Source of the DNA: Squalus acanthias
Lineage: Eukaryota
Assembly (NCBI GenBank): GCA_030390025.1
Contig: CM059433.1
Span: 31,064,001-31,128,000, forward strand
Direction: 5' to 3'
DNA: 64,000 nucleotides
Positions within the stretch are counted from its first letter, which is position 1; each line of letters begins with the position of its first letter. Of the stretch, positions 63,582 to 64,000 are shown in pieces. Both the position numbers and the translations under genes were made by a program. The notes beneath the pieces are model-generated. The model ran no database searches. It was not told where the DNA came from and worked only from the letters and a program-made list of their open reading frames with translations.

Positions 63582-63617
63582 ATTACACCCATGGACTCCT
63601 TAGAAATGCTCATGGGA

Positions 63618-63950
63618 TAGAATAATAGAATGATGCAGCACAGAAGGAGGCCAGTCGGCCCATCGTGCCTGTGCCGGCTCTATGACAGAGCTGTCCAATT
63701 AGCCCCACTCCCCTGCTCTTTCCCCATAGCCCTGCAAAACTTTCCCCTTGAAGTATTTATCCAATTCCCTTTTGAAAGTTACTATTGAATCTGCTTCCAC
63801 CACCCTTTCAGGCAGTGCATTCCAGATCACAACAACTCACTGTGTAAAATAATTTATCCTAATCTCGCCTCTGGTTCTTTTGCCAAATACCTTAAATCTC
63901 TGTCCTCTGATTATGGACCCTTCTGCCACTGGAAACAGTTCTCCTATTCT
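63618..63950 (-). mobile_element. CR1 3' terminus
   Basis: Reverse complement reads RTRGHRFKV..VVVIWNALPERVVEADS followed by a 3' UTR. Confidence 0.82.
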
Positions 63951-64000
63951 AACTTCCAAAAGACAGAGCCAGCCACCCGAAGGAAAACAGCGTTATCAGT

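Overview
This window is vertebrate genomic DNA, most likely from a shark or other elasmobranch, judged from its repeat content (CR1, L2 and RTE LINEs, Deu-domain SINEs, Penelope remnants, Harbinger elements). It is almost entirely intronic. The only host coding exon I can support is a 114-bp calcium-binding EGF exon on the minus strand (46096-46209), which best matches EYS (eyes shut homolog). The rest is layered transposon debris: a degenerate RTE LINE (1-3200), two tandem PIF/Harbinger elements (29700-36669) with Myb/SANT and DDE transposase genes, about a dozen GGG...CCC MITEs, a hAT MITE, and a G-rich minisatellite. The most interesting signals are: (i) a single-ORF CR1-group LINE family whose 5' end is a tRNA-like Pol III head; (ii) MITEs that hit the same nucleotide of two CR1 copies; (iii) a Penelope end carrying a minimal hammerhead ribozyme; (iv) an intronic ZNF143/ETS/CCAAT cluster; (v) a 100-bp hairpin; and (vi) a speculative fossil resembling a viral L polymerase. 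Family names come from recalled motifs, not database searches, and repeat boundaries are approximate unless TSDs are given.
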